In this document: positions 19,554-32,800 of the stretch, piece after piece
How the letters are laid out: each line of letters opens with the position of its first letter
Numbering within the stretch: position 1 is the stretch's first letter
NCBI GenBank assembly: GCA_028826165.1
Contig: JAPDFW010000044.1
Coordinates: 310,001-374,000 of the forward strand
Length of the DNA stretch: 64,000 nt
DNA from: Anaeramoeba ignava BMAN
Taxonomy: Eukaryota > Protista > Anaeramoebae
Direction: 5' to 3'
Program-made: the position numbers and the translations under genes
The notes under the pieces: generated by a model
Database searches by the model: none
Told to the model about the DNA's origin: nothing
The model's input: only the letters and a program-made list of their open reading frames with translations

Positions 19554-22241
19554 ATGAAAACAAATCTTTTCTTTTACTTCTTGATTATCAATATTTTCTT
19601 AATTCAATCAATTCAAAATCAACAAAAATCAATAAAATCATTAATAACTTCATTAGAAACAGAAACATCAAGATCTTATTCTTCTCTGAATGAAGCTTGG
19701 CTTTGGAGTTTATTAGACGAATTTTCAGGTTTAGGACTTTTTGGATGGAGTGTTTCAATTTATGAAGATGTTATTGTTATTGGAAATTTGGGTGGAAATC
19801 AAGTATTTGTTTACAGATATAATGGATCAAATTTGATTCAAGAACAAATTTTGAGTGAATCTTCTTCATATTTTGGATATTCTGTTTCAATTTATGAAGA
19901 TGTTATTGTTATTGGAGCTTATGATACAAATAAAACATTTGTTTACAGATATAGTGGATCAAATTGGAATAAAGAACAAATTTTGAGTGAATTGGTCCCA
20001 TATTTTGGATGTTCTGTTTCAATTTATGAAGATGTTATTGTTGTTGGAGCTTATGGTGGAAAACAAGCATTTGTTTACAGATATAACGGATCGAATTGGA
20101 ATAAAGAACAAATTTTGAGTGTATTGGTTTCATATTTTGGATATTCTGTTTCAATTTATGAAGATGTTATTGTTGTTGGAGCTTATAGTTCAGCTCAAGT
20201 ATTTGTTTACAGATATAACGGATCGAATTGGAATCAAGAACAAATTTTGAGTGAATTGGTTTCATATTTTGGATGTTCTGTTTCAATTTATGAAGATGTT
20301 ATTGCTATTGGAGCTTATGGTGGAAAACAAGCATTTGTTTACAGATATAGTGGATCAAATTGGAATAAAGAACAAATGTTGAGTGAATCTTCTTCATATT
20401 TTGGATATTCTGTTTCAGTTTATAAATATGTTATTGTTATTGGAGCTTATGATTTAAATCAAACATTTGTTTACAGATATAGTGGATCAAATTGGAATAA
20501 AGAACAAATGTTGAGTGAATCTACTTCATATTTTGGATATTCTGTTTCAATTTATAAGAAATTTATTGTTATTGGAACTTTTGGTGGAAATAAAGCATTT
20601 GTTTATGAATTTAATTTCAATACACAAGCTAATATTCTTAATTGTTCATCTTTGTTCTCATCATTTGATTGTTATTGGAATAAAATTGAATTTCCTTCAC
20701 CTTTGGAATATCAAATTAATTATGGATATGATTGGATTGATATTGATTCTCCAATTCTTAAAGATGAGAATGTTTATTATCAACAATTTAATTCTTCAAT
20801 TTATGATAATATTACTGGAAATGAATATTATTCAATTCAAATCAAAGTTTGTGATTTATCATCAATGGTGTGTGGTGAATCTTCTTCTTTCATTAATTTA
20901 ACAACAAAAATTGATTCAGTAAAAGATTTCCTATTATCAAATCCTTCAAATTATTCAATTAATATTAAATGGAACTATCCTAATGTTCGAATTGATGAAG
21001 GAATTGCACATGTTGATCATTATAATCTTTCTTATTTCAAACAATTTGAACCTGATTCAATATCTTCAATTTCAGTTGATAATTCTTCGCTTGATTGTTT
21101 TTTGAATAATTTGGAATGTAAAACTGATTATAATATTTCAATTTGTGGATGTAGAACACAAGAATGTGAAGGAGATGATAAAGGAGAAATAATTGAATCA
21201 TCAATCTCAATAATATTTGCAGAAGTTACAAACTTAACATGTTCAATTTCATATTCATTAGATATTAATTGTAGTTGGAATCAACCAATTAATTGTTCAA
21301 TTCCATCTTATTATAATTTTAGTTATCAATCAATTTCTCAAAATGATTCTGGAAATTATCAATCAACATTATCAAATCAACAATTCACAGCTCAAATTCC
21401 AAATCAAGAATATCAAATCAATATATCAGCATGTAATTCAAATGAGAAATGTGGAGATATTAGAACAACTTCAATTACAACTAATAATTTACCATTAGCT
21501 CCAACAATTTATCAAATAAATTCTAAAATTGAAGAAATTGAAATTAATTTCACAAAATTAATCAATGCTAATAATTATTTACTTTCAATTGATAATGGAA
21601 CAAATTGGCAAAAATTTACATCACTTGATTTAAGTGGAAATGAAGTAATTGGAATCATAAATGGAATAGCAGGAAATATTGAATATAATATTTCAATTCG
21701 AGGATGTTCAGATTTAAATTGTGAAACACTATATTTAGGAGAACCAAGTTCAATAATTTCAACAAGATTAAAATTAGGAAATATTACTTCATTAAATTGT
21801 TATTCATTAATTAATGGATTTGTTTGTACTTGGGATATATTAAATCTATCAACAGGATTAAAAGGATATTCATTTAATTACAACTCAACATCAATTTGTT
21901 TAACAAATTCATTATCACCTTATTATTCAATTTCAGGATTAAATGAAGAATATTATTATGAAATTTCAGTTTATTCATCAGCTGATCCAAATTGTTTATT
22001 TAATGAATATTCAGGAATTAAATCAACAATATCATTTACATCATCTTCATTTCAATGTGAACCATATCAAGGAAATGATAATTCAACAAACACAACATCA
22101 ATAGTTATTGGAATCCTTGTTCCAATTATTGCTATTTTAACAATTATTTTTGGAATTATTTTATTTAAGAAGAAAAGAAAAAAACAAATTATTAAAGAAA
22201 TTATAAAAGAAAAAGAACTTCAAACTGATCTAAATTTTTAA
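19554..22241 (+). CDS. Tandem paralog of the FG-GAP propeller/FN3 membrane protein
   Basis: 895 aa, near-identical to 15804..18491 outside the propeller loops. Confidence 0.85.
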   Translation: MKTNLFFYFLIINIFLIQSIQNQQKSIKSLITSLETETSRSYSSLNEAWLWSLLDEFSGLGLFGWSVSIYEDVIVIGNLGGNQVFVYRYNGSNLIQEQILSESSSYFGYSVSIYEDVIVIGAYDTNKTFVYRYSGSNWNKEQILSELVPYFGCSVSIYEDVIVVGAYGGKQAFVYRYNGSNWNKEQILSVLVSYFGYSVSIYEDVIVVGAYSSAQVFVYRYNGSNWNQEQILSELVSYFGCSVSIYEDVIAIGAYGGKQAFVYRYSGSNWNKEQMLSESSSYFGYSVSVYKYVIVIGAYDLNQTFVYRYSGSNWNKEQMLSESTSYFGYSVSIYKKFIVIGTFGGNKAFVYEFNFNTQANILNCSSLFSSFDCYWNKIEFPSPLEYQINYGYDWIDIDSPILKDENVYYQQFNSSIYDNITGNEYYSIQIKVCDLSSMVCGESSSFINLTTKIDSVKDFLLSNPSNYSINIKWNYPNVRIDEGIAHVDHYNLSYFKQFEPDSISSISVDNSSLDCFLNNLECKTDYNISICGCRTQECEGDDKGEIIESSISIIFAEVTNLTCSISYSLDINCSWNQPINCSIPSYYNFSYQSISQNDSGNYQSTLSNQQFTAQIPNQEYQINISACNSNEKCGDIRTTSITTNNLPLAPTIYQINSKIEEIEINFTKLINANNYLLSIDNGTNWQKFTSLDLSGNEVIGIINGIAGNIEYNISIRGCSDLNCETLYLGEPSSIISTRLKLGNITSLNCYSLINGFVCTWDILNLSTGLKGYSFNYNSTSICLTNSLSPYYSISGLNEEYYYEISVYSSADPNCLFNEYSGIKSTISFTSSSFQCEPYQGNDNSTNTTSIVIGILVPIIAILTIIFGIILFKKKRKKQIIKEIIKEKELQTDLNF

Positions 22242-22342
22242 TTCCAATTAAAACAAATTTCAATTTCTTTTTTTTTTCAAATTCAAATCAAAATTAAAAA
22301 ATCAAAAATCAAAAATCATTTTTTCATTTTTTTTTTTCAAAA

Positions 22343-24129
22343 ATGAATGAAATTATATTTTTTGGTGAAAATAATTATCCAAAACTTATCAAAAATGAAA
22401 CAGAAAAAATAACAAAACCAATTCAATTTAAATTTGAAAATGAAAATGAAAATGAAAATGAAAATGAAAATGAAAATGAAAATGAAAAGCAAATTAAAAA
22501 AATTTCAACAGGAGATTTTTCAACAATTTTCCTTTTTGAAAATGGAAAAGCAATAGAATATTTAAATGATTCAAATCAAAATCCTCAAAAAATCCAAATT
22601 GAAGAAAATATTCAAAAAGTAACTGTTGGTTTTTCAAATGAAGTTATTTTAACAATAGAAGGAAATGTATTTGCAAAAGGAGAATATATTAATTCAAAAA
22701 ATCGAAGAGGATTTATCAATATTTCATCATTAATTGAAGATAAAAATGATAGAATAATTCAAGATATTGTTTCTGGTTCTCATGTAGTTTACTTATTAAC
22801 TTCAAATCAAAATGCTTATGGAATTGGTTCAAATAATATGGTCAACTTAGTTTTGATTCTGAAACACTTGATAAAACAGAAAAACCAATTTTAATGATGA
22901 AAAATGTTTCTAAAATATTTTCAGGAAATATTTCAAATCATGTTTTTCTTTTAAATTCAAACCAAGAATTATTTGGATGCGGATATAATGAATATGGCCA
23001 ACTTGGATTAGGAGAATCAAGAAAAGAAAAAAAAATTCAAAAATTAACCAAAATCCAAAATATTCCAAAAGGCAAAATAATTGATATTCAATGTGGATAT
23101 TCTTATTCAATAATGTTGATTGAAGATGATGATGAAAAAAGAAAAATTTATTCATGTGGACATTATCCATTAAATGGACTTGGCAAAATACTTGAAAATA
23201 CTTATGAATTTACTGAAATCAAATCATCTTTATTTGAAAATGATGATAATATTCTTGAGATTTCTTGTGGAAGAGTTCATACTTTGATATTAACTTCTAA
23301 TTCAAAAATGATAGTATTTGGATATAATTATTATGGTCAATTAGGAACTGGAGATACAAATGATCAATTAATTCCAATTCAAATTGAACTTCCTAAATTA
23401 AGATTTAATGAAAATATTTCTAATTATCATATTTCTTGTGGATATCACAAATCATTTCTTTATTATTCTCCTTCTTCTTTTTCCAATCTTGAAGAAGATT
23501 TAATAAAACTATTTAGAAGAAAAGAATTTTGTAATATTTCATTTAAAACCAAAAATGGAGAAATAATTGAAGCTCATAAATTAATATTAAAATATAGATT
23601 AAATCAAAATCAAAATCAAAATCAAATTGAAAAACTTCAAGAAATTATTTCAAATAAATCAATTAAAGAATCAAATCAAATATTTGAAATGATTTATTCA
23701 AACAATTCCAAAATAAATCCAAAATTATATTCTGAAATTAAAGAAATTATAAATTTAAATGAAAAAATAGAAGAAACAATGAAAAGAATTTATTTAAATG
23801 AAAATGAAAAAGATTTTATAATTGAAAGAAAAGAAAAACAATATAAATTCCCTAAATTAATATTAATAATGAGAAGTGAATTATATCGAGGAATGTTTTT
23901 ATCTGTTACAAATGATACTTCTAATAAAGTTACAGATTATAGTGAATTAAGTAATAAATCATTTGAAATATTTGAATATTGGATTTATTCAAATCAAATT
24001 AAAGAAGAAATTCAAATTACACAAGAAATAATTGATGAAATTCAAATAGGAATTGATTATTTTCAATTAAATCAAACAAATCCAAATTTATTTGATTTAT
24101 TAATTAACAAATTTAATAATCAAAATTAA
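22343..24129 (+). CDS. RCC1-repeat + BTB protein (family member); frameshift at about 22835
   Basis: ORFs 22343-22894 and 22894-24129 form one family protein. One base is missing in GSNxYGQLxFD. Confidence 0.85.
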
Positions 24130-24700
24130 AATTAAAATTAAAATTAAAATCAAAATTAAAATTAAAATTAAAATTAAAATTAAAATTAAAATTAAAATTC
24201 ATTTTGAATTTAAAATTAAAATTAAAATTCATTTTAAAATTAAAATCAAAATTAAAATTAAAATTAAAATTAAAATAAAATTAAAATTAAAATTAAAATT
24301 AAAATTAAAATTTAAAATTAAAATTAAAATTAAAATTAAAATTAAAATTAAAATTAAAATTAAAATTAAAATTAAAATTAAAATTAAAAATTAAAATTAA
24401 AATTAAAATTAAAATTTAAAATTAAAATTAAAATTAAAATTAAAATTAAAATTAAAATTAAAATTAAAATTAAAATTAAAATTAAATTCAAAATTAAAAT
24501 TAAAATTAAAATTAAAATTAAAATTAAAATTAAAATTAAAATTAAAATTCATTTTGAATTTAAAATTAAAATTAAAATTCATTTTAAAATTAAAATCAAA
24601 ATTAAAATTAAAATTAAAATTAAAATCAAAATCAAAATCAAAATTAAAATTAAAATTAAAATTTAAAATTAAAATTAAAATTAAAATTAAAATTCATTTT
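24126..24700. repeat. (TTAAAA)n hexamer tract
   Basis: Direct inspection. Confidence 0.9.
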
Positions 24701-24861
24701 GAATTTGGTTTTGTTGTTTTTTATGATTTTGTTCTTCTTCTTCTTTTGTTAAATTGGAAGGAATTTAAGAGAGAAAAAAAGAAAAGAAAAAAGAAAAGAA
24801 AAAAGAGAAAAGAAGAAGAAAAGAAGAAGAAAAGAAATAAGATTTTAAAAGAATGATTTAA

Positions 24862-27800
24862 TTAATCTTCTTTCTTTTGAGCTTTAGATTTCTTAGGTAA
24901 TTGAGAAGCTTCAATTGGGACTTTAATTAAACGGAAAACATATCTCAAAGGAATAGAAGCAGCACCAATAGAGATTGAGATAATCCACTCATCAAGAGAA
25001 AGAGGGGTTGTTGAGAAGAATTTCCCACCGAAAGTAACGACAAGGAATTGAACAGCAACAATGAAGATCAAGATGCCAATAAAGATGGCGTTTTTGAACA
25101 ATCCTTGGAAAATATTCAATTCATCATGAATCTTTCTTGAATTGAGTTCGTTGAAAACTTGGCATAAAACAAACGAGTTAAAGAGAATGGTGTATAAATG
25201 GACTTGTTGTTCGGGGATTGAGATGTCATAGTGGAAGAAAGAACCGCCGAAATAGAGGATGAAGAACAAGACAGAAAGCTGATATGCTCCCTGAGTGAGG
25301 ATGTTGCGGATCATTTTGTTAGATAATAACGAATCCGTTTTCGCATATGGTTTACGATTCAAAAGATCGCGTGTCGGGGGTTCTGTTCCAAGCGCAAGTG
25401 CGGCTAATGTGTCCATGATAAGATTCACCCAAAGCATCTGTACTGCCTTGAGTGGTGAGCCTTTTTTCGTGATTGCGGAGACAAACGCTAAAACAAGTGC
25501 GACAAAATTGACTGTTAATTGAAATTGCAAGAATTTTCGGATGTTGTCATACACACATCGTCCCCATAAAACAGCGTTCACAATGGACTTGAAATTATCA
25601 TCCAAAATAACAATTGCACTTGCTTCTTTGGCCACATCTGTGCCTGTGATTCCCATACTAAGTCCGACATTTGCTTCCTTAAGTGCTGGCGCATCATTGG
25701 TTCCATCTCCGGTAACGGATACAATCTCTCCCATTTCTTTCAAGGCTTTGACTAAGATTAATTTATCGTTTGGTGACGATCTTGCAATCACTTGAAGTTC
25801 GGGAACAAGTTTTTTGCGCTCTTCATCGCTTAAGTTTCTCCATTGATATCCTTCAATTGCTTTTCCATCAGTCAAAATTCCGCATTCTCTTGCAATATGA
25901 CTTGCTGTTTCAATATTATCACCTGTTACCATTCTAACAGTAATTCCTGCGTTTTGGCATTCTTTCACTGCTCTTGGAACTTCTTTTCTCACTGGATCCT
26001 TGATTCCAACAATTGCAATGCAAATCAAATCCTTTTCGAATTGATCGGGTTCGTCGAATGTTTCTTTTCCTGTTTTTGTAAAGTCTTTATAAGCTAATGT
26101 TAATGTTCTTAATCCTGAACTTGCCATTTTTTGGATCAATCCTTTGATCTCATTTTCCTTGCTTTCGTTTAATTTTTGAGCTCCTCCTTCTTTATCCATA
26201 AAATGACTGCATTTTCCAAATACAATTTCTGATGCTCCTTTCATGTGCATTCGGTAATTTCCGTTTTTTTTAACGATTGTTGACATTCTTTTTCTTGCAC
26301 TGCTGAATGTGAATGTTTTCACAATCTTGTCTTCATTTTCTTTTTGGAATTTAATGTATGGATATTTCAATTTCATTAAGAGATTGACAAGTGCGCATTC
26401 TGTTTGTGATCCAACTGCTTGTTTTCCATCCCAGAATGCTTTTGAGTTTGTTGCGACTCCTTCTCCGAAAATTTCCATAATTTTATCATCAAATTTTTCA
26501 GGAATTTCTTTGTAGTAATTATCGAGGAAGTATCCAGCAACAACTGTCATTTGATTTTCTGTAAGAGTACCTGTTTTATCACTGCAGATGCCTTAATAAT
26601 TTTTATAAAATTAAAATAAATTAAAATAAATTAAAATAAATTAAAATAAATTAAAATAAATTAAAATAAATTAAAATAAATTAAAATAAATTAAAATAAA
26701 TTAAAATAAATTAAAATAAATTAAAATAAATTTCAAATAAATAAATTAAAATAAATTAAAATAAATTAAAATAAATTAAAATAAATTTAAATAAATTTCA
26801 AATAAATAAATTAAAATAAATTAAAATAAATTAAAATAAATAAAAATAAATTTAAATAAATTAAAATAAATTCAAATAAATTTAAATAAATTAAAATAAA
26901 TTAAAATAAATTAATTAAAATAAATTAAAATAAATTAAAATAAATTTAAATAAATTAAAATAAATTTAAATAAATTTTATTTCTTATTTCTTCCTTACTT
27001 GTTACATTTCCCATTGTTTCACATGATTCAAGTCTTCGAACAAGATTCATATCTTTCATCATTTTCTTCATTGAATAAGCTAAAGAAATTGTAACAGCAA
27101 GTGGAAGTCCTTCAGGAACAGCAACAACAATAATGGTAATTGCAATAATTAAAAAGTCAACAACTTCAACAAAACTTTCAAAAGAAAATCCATTTTCCAT
27201 TGCCACTAAAAAAATTTATTTTAATTTAATTTTTAATTTATTTTATAAATTAATTTTTAATTTAATTTAATTTAATTTAATTTTTAATTTAATTTTTAAT
27301 TTAATTTTTAATTTAATTTAATTTAATTTAATTTTTAATTTAATTTAATTTTATAATTTAATTTTTAATTTTATAATTTAATTTAATTTTTAATTTTTAA
27401 TTTAATTTAATTTTTAATTTAATTTTTAATTTAATTTATAATTTAATTTAATTTAATTTAATTTAATAATTTAATTTTTAATTTAATTTAATAATTTAAT
27501 TAAAATTTACTGTTCTTCAAAACCCATTGAATAACAAGAACCAATAAAGTTAATCCAGCAGAAACTGTTCCAATAATTCCAATTAAATTGGCTGTATCTG
27601 TAAGTTTTAATTGAAGTGGTGTTGGATCAGGTGGTTTTGTGAAATTTTTTCTTGCATGTCCCCATTGACTTTTGATTCCAACTCCAGTAATAACCATTCT
27701 ACCTTCTCCAGTCATAACTTTTGTTCCTCCATATAAAATATAATTTTCATTTTTATTCTTGTGGATTGCTTTTGGTTCTCCAGTTAATTCTGATTCATTA

Positions 27801-29377
27801 ACCTCAAGTTCTTAATTTTAAATTTAAAAAAAAGAAATGAAAATTTTTAAATTTTAATTATTTTAATTAATTTAATTTAATTTTTTACCATTTGCAAAAA
27901 TAACTAATCCATCAGCAGGAATTTTAGCACCAGCTGAAAGAAGAACAATATCTCCAACATTAATTTCATGAATTGAAACATTAACAGCTGCAGAAAGACC
28001 TGGTTCAGTTTCACGGAAAACCTAAATGAAAAAAAAAAAGAAAATAAAATATTTGAAAATATTTGGAAATAATTTTAAATTTATATTTAATTTTTTATAT
28101 TTTTAATTTAAATTTAATTATTTAATTAATTGTCAATATTTGAAAAATTTAAAATTTAAATGAAAATTTTTAATTTTTAATATTTTGAAAATAATTTAAT
28201 TTAATTTTTAAATTTATATTTTATTTTTATATTTTTAATTTAATTTTTAATTAATTGTCAATACTTGAAAATATTTGAAAATAATTTAAATTTAATTATT
28301 TAATTAATTGTCAATAATTGAAAATATTTATATTTTTAATTTAAATTTACCTAATTGTCAATATTTGAAAATAATTTTAAATTTAATTTTTAATTAATTG
28401 TCAATATTTGTTAATTAATTGTCAATATTTGAAAATAATTGAAAATAATTTTAATTTAATTATTTAATTAATTGTCAATATTTGGAAATATTTGGAAATA
28501 ATTTTAAATTTATATTTTATTTTTAATTTTTATTTTTAAATTTATTTTTATTTTTATATTTTTAATTTAATTATTTAATTAATTGCCAATATTTGAAAAT
28601 AATTTTAAATTTAATTTTTTAATTAATTGTCAATATTTGAAAATATTTGAAAATATTTTTAAATTAAATTATTTAATTAATTGTCAATATTTGAAAATAT
28701 TTGAAAATAAATTTAATTATTTAATTAATTGTCAATATTTGAAAATAAATTTAAATTTTATATTTTAATTTAAATTTAATTATTTAATTAATTGTCAATA
28801 TTTGGAAATAATTGAAAATAATTTTTATTTAATTATTTTAATTTTTATTTTTAATTTAATTTTTTATTTTTTTTATATTTTTTATATTTTTTTATTTTAT
28901 TTTTTTATTTACAGGAACTAAAACATCATCTTTAACTTTATTCAAAGCTCTAAATTGAAGTTCTTTTTGATAATCATTAATAGCAGTAACTAAACAAACA
29001 ATAACAACAGCAGCAAGAATAGCAGTTCCTTCAATCCAACCAGTTCTTGGATCTTCAACAGTAACACCCAAAACCAAAGAAACAACAGCAGAAATCATTA
29101 AGATAATTAAAGTTGAATCTTGTAAAGCCTCAAAAACAAGAGTGAAAAAGCTTTTTGTCGGTTGTTCTGGAAATTGATTTTTGCCATATTTTTCTCTTCT
29201 TGTTTTGAATCCTGATTGTGTTTCTGAAAGTCTTAATCCTACTTTTGGATCTACACATACTTTCTTCATAACTCCTTCTATTCCTTCTTGATCTTCTAAT
29301 CTTTTTTTTAATGTTGGTTCACCAATTTCAAGTAAACCAAACAATTCATCTTGATTGATTTCAAAATTTAATGCCAT
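24862..29377 (-). CDS. PMCA: P-type IIB (PMCA-like) Ca2+-transporting ATPase; exons 29377-28913, 28021-27889, 27810-27511, 27205-26999, 26591-24862
   Basis: [13 protein letters not shown]; S|[10 protein letters not shown] phosphorylation motif joined across an intron; ESELTGE; KGASE; MVTGDN; [13 protein letters not shown]; [15 protein letters not shown]. Confidence 0.95.
26605..26975. repeat. Intronic 10-bp tandem repeat (TAAATTAAAA)n
   Basis: Direct inspection, inside a PMCA intron. Confidence 0.9.
28100..28815. repeat. Intronic minisatellite with core TTAATTAATTGTCAATATTTGAAAAT
   Basis: The core recurs more than 10 times at irregular spacing in PMCA intron 1. Confidence 0.85.
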
Positions 29378-29459
29378 TCTTTTTATATTTTAAAACAAAA
29401 ATAAATTTATTTAAATTAAAAAATTAATTAAATTTTTTTTTACCCCTTTATTTTAAATT

Positions 29460-29730
29460 AAAAAAAATGTTATTTTAATTATTTAAAAAAAATGTTATTT
29501 TAATTATTAAAAAAAATGTTATTTTAATTATTAAAAAAAATGTTATTTTAATTATTTAAAAAAATTTAAAAATGTTATTTTAATTATTTAAAAAAATTGT
29601 TATTTTAATTATTTAAAAAAATGTTATTTTAATTATTTAAAAAAATGTTATTTTAATTATTTAAAAAAATGTTATTTTAATTATTTAAAAAAATTTTAAA
29701 TTGAAAATGTTATTTTAATTATTTAAAAAT
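29460..29730. repeat. ~25-bp tandem repeat AAAAAAATGTTATTTTAATTATTT upstream of the PMCA start
   Basis: About 10 copies seen. Confidence 0.85.
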
Positions 29731-29826
29731 TTTATTTTAAAAAATTAAAAAAAAAAAAAATCATCAAAAATATTTTTTTTTTCTTCTTTTTATTATTTTT
29801 AAATTTTTCTCCTTTTTTTATTATTT

Positions 29827-32800
29827 TTAAATTTTCTTTAAAAATCCTTCAAATTCTTTTATATACTCATTAATTTCTTTTGTTTTTGTTTTCTTTTTTT
29901 TCAATAAAATAATTCCATATTCACAAATTTGTTTTTTCACTTTTAAATCAAGACTAAATCGATCTCGATCTTGACAACAATCACTAACAAATTCATATAA
30001 ATTTAAACTTGAAAGTCTATTGAAATATTTCTGATATTTTTGAAACCGATTCAATGCAAGATCTGTTGGAATTTGTCCACTAAGTAAATTTGTAAGAAAA
30101 ATTTTAAAAACAAGACTTTTTGTAATTTTTTTGCCTGAAATAATTTTAAAAAAGTTCGCAATTTCTGAAATTTGTTCCACATTTTTCTCTTCAACAATTC
30201 GGATCAATTCTTCTTCTACATTTTCAATTAAATTCTTGTAATTATGCTGAGGAGAAATATTTTTGATTGTTGTTAACATTTTCAAATGGACAAGAAGTGT
30301 TTTTTCTTCTTGAGTTGGTGTGTTTTGTTCAACTCGATTTTTAGCTTCACATTCAATTAGTAATTTATAGTAAATTTGTAGTTTTATATGCGATGTTCCT
30401 TTTAAAATTGGGAAAATTGTTCTTACAAATTTTTGTGTTTTTTCTGCATTTTCCAAAAAAATTTCCTTGTTGTCATTTATAAATGTTCCTAATAAAGATG
30501 AGCCAAATTCTTTTCTAGATGCCAAAAAGGCTGTTTTCAAAAATACAAGGAGAATATCCAATTTCGAAATTCCCATTTTATCTCCAAAATCTGTCATTTT
30601 TGATAATAATTGCAAATTTGGTTTCTCAAAAAGTTTCTCTAAAATTTCCTTCCGATATTTTTCATTCAAAAGAAATTCATCTGCATTCATTTCCAAATCC
30701 TTCTGATTTTTTGGGAAAACTTCTGATTTTTGCAAATCTGAGAAGAACTTCTTGGCTTCTTCTGTTTTTTGTTGTGTTTGATTGAAAAATCCCTCTTTAT
30801 TTAATAATTCCTCTGTTTTCGAAACTAAAATATTTTCTCCATCTTTTTTCATTTCTGAAATTTTTTCAACCAATAAATTTCTTGCAACCTCAACATCTCC
30901 AATTGATTTTATTCTTGAGAAATCCATCTTGTTTATCAAAAGTGCCTTGATTACAAAATAAAATCTTGCAAAATGAACAATTTCTTGGTTATTTTGTGTT
31001 TTGGAAAGTAAATTCTGCAAAATTTCAAAACTTTTTTCAATATCATCAGGAACTGAAAACAAAATGAATAATCCAATCGAAAAATCCTTTGAGATTTCTT
31101 CCTCAGAAATTTCATAAATTGTTTCGTTTAAGACATTTTGCATTTCTTTTGAGGAATGCATTTCTTCATCCATGTTTTGAATAAATTTCAAAATGGCAAA
31201 ATTATTCTCTTCAAATTCAGAATATGTTTTGCGGTAAAATTGGGATAAATAGAACGAATAAATTCCAATCAAATTGTTCTTTAAATTTGTTTCTTTTGGT
31301 AAATTTTCAGTTTCAAAATGCTTCAAATCTTCTGTTTTTTCTTTTTCATCCGTTTTTGTTTTTTCTCCAATAAAAGAAAATTTTGGTTTAAAGCTCTGGA
31401 AAAATGATCCAAACAATCCTGATTTCTTTTCTTTTTCCTTTTCCTTTTCCTTTTCCTTTTCTTTTTCTTTTTCATTTGATTGATTATCAAATAATTGTTG
31501 GATCTTATTTGATGAAGTTTTTTGTTCTGTTTCTTTTTTGATATTTTGTGTATCATGAAAAAGAGTTTTTATTTTTTCATTTTGATTTTCTTCTTCTTTT
31601 AATTCCATTTTCTCGTGAATTTGGTTCTTTTGAGAAATGATTTGAGATAATTTTTCCTTTCCAAAAAAATGTTTCTCTTTTAGAAGTTTTTTATGTTCTT
31701 GTTCTTTGATTTGAGAAAAATATCCTTTTTCAATAAATGTGATAATTTTCATTTCTTGGATAGATGCTCTGACTAATCCCAATCCAGGTGAAAACTTAAT
31801 AATAAAATTATGTAAATCCTTGATTTGATTGAGAGATAAACTCTCATCTTTTGCCATTTGGTAAAGTATATTGAAAATATCAAAATCATTTTCTTGAATC
31901 GGATTTTTTAAAAGAAAATTGACTATAGGTCGTTTTTTCATCATTTTTGATAGAATTTCATAAGCTTCTTCAATTTCTCCATCTTGGAAAAGAGAATATA
32001 TAATTCTAAAATTAAGATGAATTATATTTTCATAAGAGTTCATTTGGAAAATTTTCAATGTTTGCGTGATAATATTTTCATTTCTCAAATCATCATTATC
32101 TTTCAAAATATTGCAAATCAATTCAATTCTATTTTTAGAATTTTTAATATCAATGGGACGATATTTAATTTCGAAATTGTCAAACAAAAAACTTGTTGTT
32201 TGTAATAATAATTTTTCTTGTTGAATTTCTTGATCTAATTTCAATTCTTCTGAAATTTCGCAGAAAGAAATGATTTGTTTAGCAAAAAGAAACTTCTCAT
32301 CACTTTCTGATAATGAGTTATTGAATGAATCTCTCACAATTCTTAAAATTATTTCTTTCATGATCTGAAAAGGAACTTTTGATTCTTTTTTAAAGTAAAA
32401 TTTGCTTGCAAGTTGGAATTGTAAATTGAATAACAAACTTTCAAAGTGAGTTTGATAGCATAAATCAATCAATTTTGTTTTCTCTTCATTTTTTTGTGGG
32501 ATGAAAGTCTCAATCACAAAAAGCATATCATGAAGAAAATCAATCCAATCTTGATCAATTGATTCTTGTTTTTCAAATATTGAATTTACTGAATCAGCCA
32601 TATTTTTGATTAAGTTCCCAATTTCAACTATTTTTTGCTCATCTTCTTTTGCTTGGAAATCCAATAGGAATTGTTGATACGGCTTATTGAATAAAAAGAA
32701 AGCAAATGATTTTTCAATTCCATATTTTTTGCAAATTTGTAATACTTTGGCATGCATTTGAAAAATTTGGATTTGGGTTTGAAGTTTTGATGCATCTTCA

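Larger units (their letters stand above)
14780..22320 (+). repeat. Tandem segmental duplication, ~3.75 kb unit (BTB half + spacer + receptor gene)
   Basis: Sequence ~14780-18585 is repeated at ~18586-22320, including the intergenic gatcacaatatttgagtaaatcattactcattc. Confidence 0.9.

Noticed and set aside
14215-22840. Frameshifts in RCC1-BTB genes (also ~255 and ~7150) as pseudogenisation or programmed frameshifting
   Set aside because: They are single-base indels in otherwise intact genes, some in homopolymer runs. Long-read consensus error is more parsimonious, though this is not provable here.
24126-24856. (TTAAAA)n as telomeric repeat, and ORF 24554-24856
   Set aside because: The tract is interstitial and lacks G-runs, and it also occurs in introns. 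The ORF is a repeat translation.
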